The notes under the pieces: model-generated
What the model saw: the letters and a program-made list of their open reading frames with translations, nothing else
The model's database searches: none
Told to the model about the DNA's origin: nothing
From: Geosiphon pyriformis uo1
Lineage: Eukaryota > Fungi > Glomeromycota
Assembly: GCA_016748015.1 (NCBI GenBank)
Contig: JAAOMT010000597.1
Coordinates: forward strand, 681,555-745,554
Direction of reading: 5' to 3'
Length of the DNA: 64,000 bases
Shown here: in pieces, positions 41,330-54,250 of the stretch
How the letters are laid out: each line of letters begins with the position of its first letter
Position numbering within the stretch: the stretch's first letter is position 1
Translations under genes and position numbers: made by a program

Positions 41330-43100
41330 ATTACAAACTATTTTTCTAATTTTAAATTTCTTTTGAAAAGATTAGCAACTATGATTTTGAAACTGATTAC
41401 ATTAATTAAATTGCTTATATATTCAATTAGTTAGTTTTATATTGCTCTTAGTTATTTTTATCTTTTAATGTGTTACACTTATCTGTAACAACATAAAATT
41501 TATGTTACATTGAATGAATATGAATATAAGTTGTCATACTTGATTTTTTAAAATTGGTTTATTTAATTTTTTAATTCAAATAGCAAAAAATATATATAAA
41601 AAACAAAAATATTGATTTTATATTATTTACAATAAAAGTTTATCATTTATTTTTAAGTAACATTAAATTTGTAATAAAATTTAATTTAAATAAGTCATAG
41701 TTGGGTTGAATAAAACAACTAAATGACTTTTTTATTTAACATAATTATTGTTTTTAATAAAAACGGCGTACGGCAAGTAGTCTAGATTAGTAGTCGTATG
41801 TAGATAACGTGTCATTCACTTTTACTTTGAGCATGTACATGTTTCAGCTTGGTAAATTGTAATTGGGCTAAGCATAATAGAAAACAAAAAAAAACTAAAT
41901 AAATAATTTAAATATGCTAATTTGATTTGATTTAATATTAATATTAAAAACTAATCAAATCTTTAACAAAAAAAAGCAAGTTTTCTTTTGTTTTTGAATT
42001 ATTTAAAAATTTTATATTAATATTAATAAATAATAAATTTAAAGAAACTAAATAAAAAACTTAGTATGTATAAGATTATATTTTATATGTAAATAAGTAT
42101 TTAAGATTATTTAAATTTGAATTTTACAAATAAAATAAAAACAATAAATTTTACCATGAAGTAATTATAAACAAGAATAATCAAATAATCAAATAATCAA
42201 ATAAAAAAGCAATAATAATTTAAAATTGTTTTTATTAATAACACTTAAAATAAAAAAACTGCTTATATTTTATTATATATATTACAAGAATATATATAAA
42301 TAAAAAACCAGCAAACATAAAAGGATAAATAAGTAAAAATCAATAATTAAGTCAATAATTAAATTAATAATTAGTTTAATAGCTAAAACATTAATTAAGT
42401 TAAGAATTAACTAAAAAATAGATTAATAATTAACTTTAAAAATAATTTTTATCTATTTTATATAACAAATCTAAAAATAAGATTGCCAATATGACAAATA
42501 AGCATTATACAAATTGCAATTATATGAAAATTAAGCATTTATTAGATTTAATCTATTAAAATATTATTTACAAACAATATTAATTATATAATTTAAAATA
42601 TGGAATTAGGAAATAGTTAATACAAAATCAAAATTAAAATAACAAAATAATAATAATAAACACATTTCAAATTATTGGTTAATACTATTCCGTAAAAATC
42701 TTTTGAAATTATAATTATATATTGTGTTAAAAAATAAAAGGTTTAGCAAATAGTAAAAAAGATAATATTAATAACAAATTTTAATAATTTGCAAAATATT
42801 TAAAAATCTTAACCAATCAACGCATAAATTATTTTTTTTATAATAAATTTTCCAGTTTATGTTTAAATTCGATTTAAAAATGTTTGAAGAAAAAATCTTG
42901 GTGTTAAAAAATAATTCTTCTAAGAATATTTGATAAACACAATATATTAAATAAACTCTTAATCTACTTTATAATAAATGAAAATATTAATTGTCTAATT
43001 ATGTTGAAATAAATAAATTCAATATCAAATAAAAACTGTTTAAAAGTTAAAATATGATTACTTTAAATAATAATTTTGTAAATTTTTCGATTCAATGAAT
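41330..43100. other. Extremely AT-rich block, probably a hypermutated repeat/TE relic
   Basis: Non-periodic and largely CG-depleted; boundaries approximate. Confidence 0.5.
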
Positions 43101-43499
43101 AAGGTATTAAAAAAACCACTTAAGCAAATGTTTAATAGCATGTATCTACTGAAAAATATATGCTTCTTTCAAGATCAATCTGCAAAAATATACAATAACA
43201 TTGGGAGATTACTTTTAATATTGATATTCGCTTTCAAAATCAAATAGTGAGTTTAACCTGTGCACATGACTGCACCTTATCAATCACCTGAGTCCACAAA
43301 GATCCAATCATTGAAACGCTTAACAAAGATAAAAGAGTTATTGATCTACAACAAATTTACATTGCCTGCTACACAACGACATAATTTGGATCGATTTTTG
43401 TCGCTGACTAAAATCATGATTTTTATCAGTTTTCGTTCATATAGACAATAAATATAAAAAGCTATTGGATATCAAATATTATTTCCCGACCAACGAAAG

Positions 43500-45546
43500 A
43501 TGGGTACACGAGTCGAATCGTTGAGGAGGAGACCCAGCATGGCTAGGACCATTCAAAGGGGCCGGAAATCTTCTGCAGTGCGAGATATGGAGAAAAAATA
43601 CGAAGAAATTGAAAAATTGTTTGACTTTGATATGCCATGTGGACGTTTGGCTTCTGTTGTCATCAAAGCATTGTTGATCGATGATAATCGTCCAAGTTCA
43701 GTTATAGAAATCACAAATACTTTGATAAAATATGGTCTTACCGAACATGAGTGAGTATTTTATTCACATGCTTATTTTCATTCTTGAATTATTTTCAATC
43801 TAAATTTTTTAATGATGTGAAACAAGGGCCGCGGAACCTTCCAAGAGTGTGGGGTCAGCACTTACGAAATATTTCAGGAATAAACGAAAAGGCGATCCCT
43901 TAATACGAGAAATGGGAGAGAGAGGTTGTTTCTACATGAGCCTGGATCGAAATAATCCTGTAATCGCACAATTCTATCCTCCTGAAAAAAAGAATTCATC
44001 GGCTAGTTCCCAAAGCGGCTCCAGTACTGTTTCTAATAAAACTATTCGCCACAAAGAAGATACACAGAGTGATTCCCCCGATTTGACGAATTCAGATTTT
44101 GCTCCTACTAAAAGTCCAAAAATTCAAGCAGAAAACTTGGAAACAAATGCCCCAAAACGAATTATGAGAAGTCATGCCCAAAAATTAGAATTGCTTATTC
44201 CTTTAGATGAATCATCTAAAGGACTGGGAAACTACGTACAAAAACTGGATACAGTTGGCCCAATAACAAATGAATCACCCAGAATAATGAGAAGTCACGT
44301 AGCCAAACTTGAGGCAAATAATGCCATTCAAAATGATCCTCCAAAAAAAATCAGAAAACCTGCTGGAAAGCCGGAACTAAACATTCCAAAAAAGAATAAT
44401 TTGATTCCCAGAAAACGAAATCTTCGTAAAACTGATAGATTAGAAAATTTAAAATCGAAAAATGAAGAAATTGAATTAACCCCACCACAACGTAGACGAA
44501 GAGTTTATTTGGAATTCCCGCCAGCTTCCCCCAGTCTTGATGAATCGGAATCTAGTGAAGAGTCTGACATCGAAACTGATTTTTCAAAAATCAGTGAGCC
44601 TGACGATATTAAGGAAGAAAATATTGATGACAAAAAAGAACGGCCTTTACGAATTAAAGAATCAAGAAGAAATTATGGGATTCCCATCAAGTTGACTCCT
44701 GAAAAACAAGCTCTTATCGAAGAAGCCGGAAGAAAGTTCTCAGAAATCGAACACTTGTTCAATTTCTTGCTTCCTGGAGGTCATCTAATGATGCCAATTG
44801 TGAAAGCGCTTTTAATGCTTGACAACAAGGAATCAACGATAGCCGAAATTACCGATCTTATGGTAGAACACGGTCTTACTGTTCACAAGTAGGCCAAATC
44901 CATTTCTAAACATTGATTTTTGCTCAGTTTTCAATATGTTGGTTTTTTTCGTTTCAATAGCGCTGAAGAGCCATCCAAATCGATTTCTTCGAGCGTCTCG
45001 AAATATTTCAAAAATCTAGGCAATGATCCCTCACCTTTATTAAGAATATGGCAACAACGAAGAGCTACTTTAATGCTTGATGAATCACATGAAGAAATCG
45101 CTCGCATCTTGGGTCGGCAGGCGGGGGATTATGTCGCGATGCCTGGTCCATTTGAAGAAACTTGGTCAAATGATGAAGAGGAGATAATGGATGAGGATTC
45201 CGATGAGGAAACACAATATGATACAGCCTCTGAAATGTACACTGAGCCAGTTGTTCCAAACTTTACCGAACAAACTATGAATCAACATACAGCTATTTAC
45301 AGAAATGTCCCACCTTCCTCGTCACCGAGATCAGCTTTTTCTTTATTTGAGCCTACTTTGATATCTCCTCAAAGTATGGTTACTTCAATATCAAGCCTTC
45401 CATCTTCTTACAGAATTATAACTGTTCCGGCAGGCCATCAAGTTGCCCTGACTCATGATTTTTCTTCAAGTGCTTTCACTCGAATGGATCGTCTAACAAT
45501 TATACCCATGCGAAATAAATTTCATAGAGACTCTATGGAGGGCTGA
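43500..45546 (+). CDS. 3-exon gene, 632 aa, with two tandem winged-helix (HARE-HTH/GDS1-like) domains; putative chromatin/DNA-binding protein
   Basis: Exons are 43500-43750, 43827-44888 and 44961-45546, with introns GTGAGT..AAG (76 nt) and GTAGGC..TAG (72 nt). The spliced length is 1899 nt, in frame. The two repeats read VIKALLIDDNRPSSVIEITNTLIKYGLTEHEAAEPSKSVGSALTKYF and IVKALLMLDNKESTIAEITDLMVEHGLTVHNAEEPSKSISSSVSKYF. The linkers are basic (NLS-like) and acidic. Confidence 0.9.
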
Positions 45547-45690
45547 TCTGTTTATAATTTCAACTTTAATAAGGACATTATAACTGTCCCAGCAGGCCTT
45601 CACTTAAATGAATCTTTAAAATTTTGCCTATGCGAAAAATTCCTAGAGACGCTGTGAAGAATTTATCTTCTAACGATTTCAGTTTAAAAA
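45415..45690 (+). repeat. Degenerate tandem duplication of the gene's 3' end
   Basis: ATTATAACTGTYCCRGCAGGCCWTCA occurs at 45415 and 45577, and downstream similarity (ATGCGAAA..AATT.C.TAGAGAC.CT.TG) continues. Confidence 0.85.
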
Positions 45691-46869
45691 TACTCTATTT
45701 CAAACTGTCGGCAATTGAATTGTTCACATTATCTTGAAATATATGATAAAATTTCAGTAAAAAAATGTTCTTGGAATCATTTCGTATTGAAAAAGTCGAA
45801 TCTTGATAATTGACATTAGCTTAACCTTTTATCAAAAAGTTCAGAATCAATTATTCGTGTTATGAGGTAATTTAATAGATAGCTTGAATCAAAAAATCTA
45901 TTTCATATGAATAAAATTATGGTCTCTTCCATATTTCGGTTGAAATTTTGATCAAGGATCCCTAGATGGGAGAATATTTGCTGGTGACCCAGAATGATAA
46001 TTTTTGAAAATTTCCCTTTAAAAAGCTCATTAAATCGTAAGTCCCCGTCCTGAGATCCTTTCATGTGAAATCGAATGGCTTAATGCCAACCTATAACATA
46101 TTCCCATTCTTCAAAAAGTACCAAATCCCATGTGATAAAAATATAAATCTCGTGCGCTGCTTGTGCAAAGTTTTCAAGATACTGAATGGGTTCTTCCAGT
46201 GAAGTTGACTTAATGATCTTGGCTTCTGGTGTTTCTTCCATTTTCAGTTACTTTGTTTGATGGCGTAGTAGCTAGTTGATTAACAAGGCTTCTAATTTGT
46301 GCTCATATTTGAAACGCCTAGTGATAATCTGTGAAATCTATTAGTTGAATGGTTCTGGGGGCTGACTAAAAAATATTATGCCAATACAAATTAACATGGT
46401 AACAATATGTCATTTTGGAAATAAAAATTCAATCAAGATTTTCTCACTGCAAATTTTGAAATTCTCCTTTTTTACCTGGGTTGAATAGTGTTTTGAACAT
46501 TTTCGAAGCTTTGTGAATATTTTATTTCCAGTTCGAGAATCATAGAATGATAATGTTTAATGATTAGGAGTATTACTTATAAAAGTATCAAACCTGAATG
46601 GTATACTTGATTATTTAAAAGAGAGGTTTTAACCCTGACTTTTGAATATTAGTTACTCGTAACGCGATTTTAAAAATAAATGTTTTCTCTAATGCAGGAT
46701 GGTTTAATTTTTGAGGCTAGATCAAGGATAATTATATCGCAACAAAATATCTTACTTGACAAACTGTTAACTTATGAATTCATTTTTCCATTATTAAAAT
46801 CCGATATTTTTTAAACTTTAGGAATGGGATTAGTAAATTAGGTTTGGTATTTTTCACCAAATACATGCA

Positions 46870-47250
46870 CAGTTTAAAAAATATCTCCATTTCTCTCCAT
46901 GTTCGTGAAGAATGTCTATCCTGGTGCTCTCTTCGGCAGCACAAATGAACTTATGGTTCGGCGAATCTATCTCCCCACATTTGATACAAACAGTATTTGG
47001 GCAATTGGTGTTTTATAACATCTTTCTTGTTGCTATCGGAAATCTACAGCGCAAAGCCTTCAGCATATACGTGCGTAGGCCGGCCGTTACAACGCTGGTA
47101 GCACCGGTTTTCATGTGCGAATCAGGATGCCACACCATAACTGTTGGGCAGAAAATTATCCGCCTGTTTCAAACTCCCATTAAGCACAATATGCTGCGTC
47201 GTAAACAGGTCGAACGATTTCCAGAGATGTTCGTTCCATTACATAAAGGA
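46870..47250 (-). mobile_element. Fragment of a non-LTR retrotransposon (LINE) ORF2 C-terminus with CCHC zinc knuckle (zf-RVT type)
   Basis: Minus-strand ISGN..VRPVYDAAYCA*WE, VWHPDSHMKTGATS..LRTYMLKALRCRFPIATRKML* and CIKCGEIDSPNHKFIC (CX2CX7HX3C). It is a GC-rich island with stops and frameshifts. Confidence 0.8.
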
Positions 47251-47309
47251 TAATAATGAAAATAAAAGAAAAAAGAAAAAAAGCATAAGCTGGTGGTATA
47301 CAGTACAGT

Positions 47310-47585
47310 ATAGGGATTTATTCTCGATTAGTTGGGTATAAACATAATAATCTTTTTTACATAAATTTATTTTTATATATTAAACATTAATTTTCATAAA
47401 AATCTTTTTTATATTTATATTTATATATTAAAAATTAACTCTATTTATTTTAAGTTTGATTACTTGATTGATAATTATTATTTTACAATGCGGCAATATT
47501 TTTGGTAAATTGGATTTAAGCGTTAAATGTTTATATAAAAGTTATGGTTATATTTTTGGATGGGTGATCGATTAAATTCACTTAA
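47310..47585. mobile_element. Possible degenerate MITE
   Basis: The left end TAGGGATTTATTCTCGATTA resembles the reverse complement of the right end, TAAGTGAATTTAATCGATCA, around an AT-rich interior. The match is weak. Confidence 0.2.
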
Positions 47586-48339
47586 AAAAGCTAACTTTCA
47601 TAAACTCTAATCCATTTCTTAGTCAAGTTTAAAGGAGAATATCAAAAGCAATTCAGACTTGATAATGATCTTGCAATTTTTTTTTTGATAAAGACTGTAT
47701 TACTCTCCCTCCTTGTGACAAGATAATTCCATTGGGATGGCACAAATACATATTACTTTTTCTGGAAACCCACCATATTATCATGTTGATAATAAAGATT
47801 ATTTTGTTGCTGTTGTTGTTCTTATTGTCGATAATAATTTTGTAAGAGATAAAGAGTATATTAATTTCTTTATTATTAATTCTTTCACTTAATCTTTGAG
47901 AAGAACACAAATTGCAATTGTTATTATAGCTCTATATATAGAAAAAAAGATAATTCCTAAGGTATTTATCTTTTTCACAGCTATACAATACCATTATTTT
48001 TACAAATTTTAAAAATAAATAAATATTTTGTAATATATAATAATTTATATCAATGGCAAAAACTTTTGGCACAAGTATTAAGAAAGATATTTAGCTAAAA
48101 AAATAGTTATAAAAGCAAACAGATTTCTAGAATATAATAAAAATTTTTAAAGGGATTGTTAGCTGTGCCAGAAAAGCTTATTTTAAAAGACTTGATATCA
48201 TATAAAACCAAAATAACTTAATGGTAATAAAGTTCAATTGCAGGCACATATTAGTCTAAAAGTTCAAAATTTGAAATTGAAAGCTTACAAAATTTTTGAT
48301 TTTTGTCCACTGGTGCTATAACACGAAATCTGGATTATC

Positions 48340-49250
48340 CAAACAACATGGTCGTCTATATAAAAGGCTCACAACTCGGAAATTCTCTTCACTCTTATTG
48401 TCGGAATTTCCTTCAAGATATGCTTACAGCGAACCAAATTCAAGACTAGTTAATCAGGTTTGGCATAAAAAGTATAAAACAAAGGAGGGATCTTTATTGA
48501 ATATGAGTAAAGATTTTGTAATGATAAAAATTTTATTAGGTTGACTTTATTCAACACAGCGTGAGTGATTAGATGGCTTTAAAAAATTTTGATTTTAATA
48601 GTTTTAAAATTTGAATTACAAGAGTATTTGCAAAAATATAAAATCTATAATAGTCCACGCATTAGCCTACTGAAAAGTTCAAATAAGAATAGTTCTATTT
48701 AGCATACCTCATCCGTGCAACCAGATTATTTTTCAAACCCAAATTTCAGTTCACAAATTATGATGATTTTACACCATATATCCCTCCAGCAGATGTGAGA
48801 AGATATTGACATCCACAAACAGAGTATTGGATTTTCAAGTATAAAAATTGTAATTGTTTCAATGAAGATTTGCCACCACTTTTAGAATGTTTAAAACGTT
48901 TTCAAAAAGCATAGAATTTCGATTCGAATATGTGGAAAAAATCTTGTGAGTATTGATTTTTGAAAATTTGAGATTTTTGAGTTGCAATTATTCATATTCA
49001 TTCTTTAGGATTGCAGTGCAAAAAATTATATATGGGTCTATATTTTGGAATGATGAATTGTGACTATTATGTTGACCCTTCATGTTTAAGACAAAAACAC
49101 TATAACCAGAGACAAATATCTGAAGCTTTGAGCTGAGAATCTTAATCAATAGATTTAACAATGTAGTCTTGGCAATATTTTGGAAATCCTGATTATAAAT
49201 TTTAAATTAAAGATGTCTTGAAAGAATGCGAGAAAAGAAACCATAAATAT
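48340..49250 (+). pseudogene. Decayed gene of uncertain family (possibly F-box-like N-terminus)
   Basis: EILFTL..RLVNQVW fragments, coding-like stretches broken by stops, and an intron-like GTGAGT..TTTAG at 48946-49008. Confidence 0.25.
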
Positions 49251-50100
49251 TTTATCTACAATTTGAATTTACCTCTATTTACGAGTGTTTGACATTAACC
49301 TACATTCATTTAAAGTTTCAAATCCACCAATATAATGTAAAAATTGATATGGGATACAACGTGGTGATCTTTAACATCAATCATTAAATTAACGAAAACC
49401 AAATAAAATGATCGTAATGCATGTACATATATTTGAGATTTCCCTAATCTATAAATATTCTGGTTCTGGTTATCAAAAGTTTTGATTTTAACCTATCAGA
49501 ATAATATTTTTCACGATAATAAAGTCTTCATTCGGAAGAAAGATTCATAAAATATCATTCAGTAAAGATGCCCTTATAAATTTTTGCCCCATAAATATTG
49601 CCTAAATTCAAAATATTTCGACATAAGTATTTTATTGCGAAAATAAAATTTATCTCTTTAAATATCTTAAATATCTTAAGTGTCAAAATTCCAAACATTT
49701 CAATATTAATTCAGATGTCTACATTATTTTGACTTGTTGAGATTTTTACTATTATCAGCATGTATTCTTAATAGCATTTTCTCCTCAGTGAATGAAAGCT
49801 TCACCAGAAACTGATTCTCAATGTGGAGTATTTCTTTACTTTGATGAAAACTTGATTCTTTAAGTGAAATAAATTTTTCGTAAAATCCGATTACTAATCT
49901 TTTTCAGGAAAACAATAAAAATTACATTTCACAAATATCTTTGGACAGGGAATACTATAGCCCATCATAAAATCAACAAGGATTTTCTAAAACAGAACTT
50001 CAATGATAGTGAAAATAATTTGTCTCAATTAACTCTCCAAACAGCAATCTATTAAAACCAATTCAACTTGTCGCATAATTCTTGATTTTTTATTTTTTCT

Positions 50101-50498
50101 TATTCCAAATTACTTGCACTCAATTTAAAACTTGACTTAACCTTTAAAAGCGCTTGGCCATTAGTAATTACATTCGATCAGCCTCGCATTGGTAGCAAAG
50201 AATTCGCGAATCTTGTAGAGCATAAAACAACTCCTTATCGTATTATTAATCAACATAATAAAATTCCTCGTGAACCAAAAGGTAATTATGGCGATTTGGA
50301 GATATGGTGTGGCAATGTTGAAGAACCTGTTTTCTATTGTCCTTGAAAAGAGAGATCAAGCAATTACTGGTGAATTAAGGTGAATTATAAGTCAAGTTTT
50401 CATTCAATTAATTAAACAGAGCTGCAATAATAGGAAAACTTAGAGACATCTGATGCACATTCTGGAAATTATTTTTTTCATGATAATTTGACTGTTAA
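50101..50498 (+). pseudogene. Class 3 lipase pseudogene fragment (C-terminal half)
   Basis: LLALNL..VITFDQPRIGSKEFANLV..YRIINQHNKIPREP..EIW..YCP* followed by SCNN and DAHSGNYF. This matches lipase-3 motifs TFGQPRVG, YRxxxxxDxVP and the catalytic HxxYF. The GxSxG nucleophile region is missing and there is a stop at 50344-50346. Confidence 0.8.
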
Positions 50499-50499
50499 T

Positions 50500-52564
50500 T
50501 TTTATTGTATTGCTCAATTAAATTAAATGCTATAGAAAAAACAAGACTTAATTTTTTTGCCATGGTTTTCATTTTAAATTTTTTCTTACCTTTAATCAAA
50601 TAAACAAAGTATTTTTTTTAAAAAAGTTTTTGTTAGATTATAATGTTTTTTGACAAGAATATGCCAATTGTAAAAATGTAAAGTTGCTTCGCATTGCATT
50701 TGTAAATAAATTTTTCTTATTAACAAGTTTTTTATTTAAATTGTGATATTTAATCTTAAAAAATATCAAAAATATTCATAATTTTTTATAATAAACATGA
50801 TTTATTGTCTCTTCAACAAAATTTATATATTTTGAAAACAATTGCTAAAATTTATTTTTAATAAAATTTTATATACTCTTAAAAATTTTAAGTGGAAAAT
50901 CTACAATTATTGACGATGTTTACAGTTTAAAGATCATATTATGAAATTTTTAGCTAGTTTTTTGTGATGAATATTATTTTTATTTCACCTAGTATTGTCG
51001 AATATTTTGAAAGATATTTAAGTTTTAAATCTATTAAATTGTTTATTGTTTTTGAAAAAGTTATAAATAAATGAATATTTTTGTATTAATTAATATATAA
51101 TTTTAGCAAAGTAGAAATTTTTTTTAAAAAGTACTTGATTGATTTTTAATTTAATTCAATTTCAAGAGGGTTCTCAATTAATATAGTTTGTCTATTTTCT
51201 TGAAAGTAAAAAAGAAATTAATAATTCCAATTGTTGAAAATTTTAACCCAGCTTTCATTAATTATATAAATGTTGCTTTTAAAATAAACTAATTGATCAA
51301 TTGGTAATGATGCAAAATTATGTTTATTAAATTGAAGCAGACATTTAAAAAATATTACAAACATTTAGTAAAACTTATTTTCAAAATAATTTTTTATAAA
51401 TTTTATATTTTTGATAATTAGTTTTTGGTTAATATATAAGCTTCTGTTAAATAAAATGATCTATTAAGTTAAAGCAAAAAATCAAGTCTGACATCACTAG
51501 AGTTTAATTTAAAGGAACATGAAAAACTAAATTTTGCAGCTGAGAACTCATAATAATTCAATTTAAAATAGTTAAAATTTTTATTTAGTAGTTTTAATTA
51601 TAACATAGTGAGAAATCTTTTTAATTATTTTTATTAAATTCTTAAAAAAGTTATGAATAATTGTTGCATTGAGATATTTGAACCAACCCAGCATAGAACG
51701 ATTACAAAGATTGCAGCAAATTGATTCAATAAAATTCCAAATAAAAGAGGTGTGTCTGTTAGCAAAACTAACACATAAATGAATTTATTAGTTTCTAAAA
51801 CACTGGTTAAATTGTCTTACTGATATTTTTAAATGTTGTCTGCTTCTAAATTTTATCAATGGAAAAAACATATGTTAAAAGAACTCAATCGCAAGGGTTT
51901 TATAATTTTAATTAGAAGAATCTAATTTAAAAACTTGACTAAAAAGCCTCATGATTTTTACGAGTGTGAAATGTATTTGGAAAATTTTTTAGATTACAAC
52001 AAAAACCATTTTTGATCTTATGAATAGATTTCTAAAGTGATTGAAAATTTAAAGCTGAAAAAATAAAACAGATGACAATCAAGAATATTTAGATTTATCA
52101 CAAAAGCTAATTGTTGAATGCTCAAGCAAAACTTATCTGGTGTTATTTAAGAAGGTAGATATGAAAGCAGAAGCTTGAAATCAATTAATTGCCAGTTTTT
52201 TTATTAAAAAAGATTTTCTAAATAATGCTTTAATTAAGTTAGTTTGATCAACCCAAGATAAAATTTTATTAAAAAATAATTTTTGGACGTGGCTAGAAGG
52301 GTTAGAAAAGACTATTTACAACTTAAAATTAGATTATCCATATAGAAATTTATCAATGAGCTATTGAAATCAATCTAAGTGTTAAGTTTTTACTTGACAA
52401 TAGCAATAAAACAATAAAAGACATAGTTAGTCTTCTTATTCCTTTAGAGTCATATATGTTCCAGACCATCTTTATCTGAATGAAGTAAGAGTTAAAATAT
52501 ATCTTGAGCACAATCAGAAAACACCTGAAGACTTATTCAATTGCTTGAATGATAAAAGTTTAAA
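50500..52564 (+). pseudogene. AT-eroded coding relic of unknown family, cut by the hAT element
   Basis: Residual coding-like stretches (NFWTWLEGLEKTIYNLKLDYPY; VIYVPDHLYLNEVRVKIYLEHNQKTPEDLFNCL) end exactly at the hAT terminus. Confidence 0.3.
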
Positions 52565-54250
52565 TAAGGATCTGATAAACTGAACCAAATTAAACTTTAC
52601 ATACTGTTTAAGTTCGGTTCGAATTATAAACTAAACTTGAACCGAACCAAATTTTCAAAGTAAGTTCAGTTCGAGTTTGAAGTTGAACCTTTTTGACAAG
52701 TCTGAGTTCAGTTCAGATCTGGTTCAAAGTTCACAAACTTGTTCGAGTTCAATGGAATTAAAAAAAAAGATATATTTTGTATTACTTGTTCATTAATTAT
52801 TACTTTGTTTAATTACTATGATCAGTTAAAGAGGCATATACAACTGTGTATGTATGACAACTCCACTCTTCAACTTACTAAAATGAACTTATTGTCTGAT
52901 GTTACTGAAGATTCAAAATTTAAAATAACGGAATTTGATAATCTAAATAGTCCAAATATTAATATCTCTGGTAAATGTAGTTTTTAGAGTGAGGCATAGG
53001 ACTATTTTGATAAGTTTGAGTGGACAAAAGAAAAGAAACATTGAATTGAAAAACAATTTAAAAAACTATCTAATTAGTAATCAAAGAGTCAGAGGCAATT
53101 AATCTAAATATATGGTCTCAAAATATGTGCATAACCTATTTTTTGTGGAAATATGGGCATTACCAAATCCTTATGGCACTATTTAGAGGCTTCCCACTGT
53201 ATATGTCACAATAGAAGAATATCATAAGAAAAGATAAAATGTCCAACTCATTTATTTGAAGTTTTATTATTCTATTTTAAAAAATAAAATTTTTTCAAAT
53301 TTTACTAAAATAAAAAAAATGCAAAAGCTTAAACAATTAATGAGTATAAAAAATTACAATTTTTTTGAATGGGTCTTATATTATTGAAAGTTTGTAACAT
53401 ATTTTGCCAAAATTTCTTTTTTTAACTGGTTTTTCAGGAAAAATATTAATTATTATTCAACAAAAAGCTTAAATAAACTTTTTACTTTTATATTAATGTT
53501 TTAAAAACTTTTTTAGTTGTTATATTATTCAAAATACAATAATAACCAGAAATATATTATCGTATATACAAGCAGAAATTTGTTTTTTATTAAAAAAATA
53601 TACACAATTATTGAATATAAATGTTTTATTATAGTTAGATTTACAAATTATTAAAGCCAATATCTTTTAGATATCTGATAATAATAGTTTATTAAATTTT
53701 GGTTTACTTACACAATAAATTATTTGGTGAATTTTTTAATTGAACAAATACAATTACAAAATTAAATACAAAAAAGAAATAAGCTATTAAAATACAAATA
53801 TTTTATTTTAATTAGCAATTTAATAATAAAGAAATTCTAGCAAACCTAAAAAATTAACTATTAATGTTTTATTTTTAATTATACAGTACTTATTGAATTT
53901 TTGAATAAAGACAATCCCTGCCAAAACATATTTAACAGCAAACTTTGCATATTATCTTTTAATATAGAAAGTTATGCAAAACCCTAAAATATTTAATTAT
54001 ATAATTGTAATGGAGTTTGTCAAACATTAAAATATTTATTCTATATTAAATTATGTAATAATTAAAATAAATTCATCAAATTGTTATTATTATTATTGCT
54101 AATATTAGCATTGTTATTAATATCGTTATTATTAGAAATATTATTATTATTATTATTGCTACTGTTAAATATATATATTAACTAGAAATTTTTATTTACA
54201 AATTTTTTGTTATAATATGTAAATACAAAGTTTTCAATTTTTAAAGTTTT
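52565..54250 (+). mobile_element. Degenerate hAT DNA transposon (5' terminus, subterminal repeats, BED finger remnant)
   Basis: The terminus TAAGGATCTGATAAAC is followed by dense AACCG/CGGTT-type subterminal repeats (52578-52752). BED zinc-finger remnants are SEA*DYFDK (52988) and KICA*..GITKSLWHYLEASH (53120-53197). The 3' extent is approximate because of AT erosion. Confidence 0.7.

Noticed and set aside
41760-41790. Helitron 3' end (GGCGTACGGC..CTAG)
   Set aside because: The hairpin is imperfect, CTAG is not followed by T, and no RepHel remnant or 5' TC end was identified.
45065-45259. Minus-strand 64-aa ORF (likewise 27575-27772, 62997-63179, 38082-38276)
   Set aside because: Antisense to real genes or pseudogenes.
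46912-47341. Plus-strand ORFs of 113 and 65 aa
   Set aside because: Antisense shadows of the LINE fragment.
52578-52752. CRISPR-like or iteron-like repeat cluster
   Set aside because: The units are 5-6 bp in both orientations without spacers, in a eukaryotic context, and are explained as hAT subterminal repeats.
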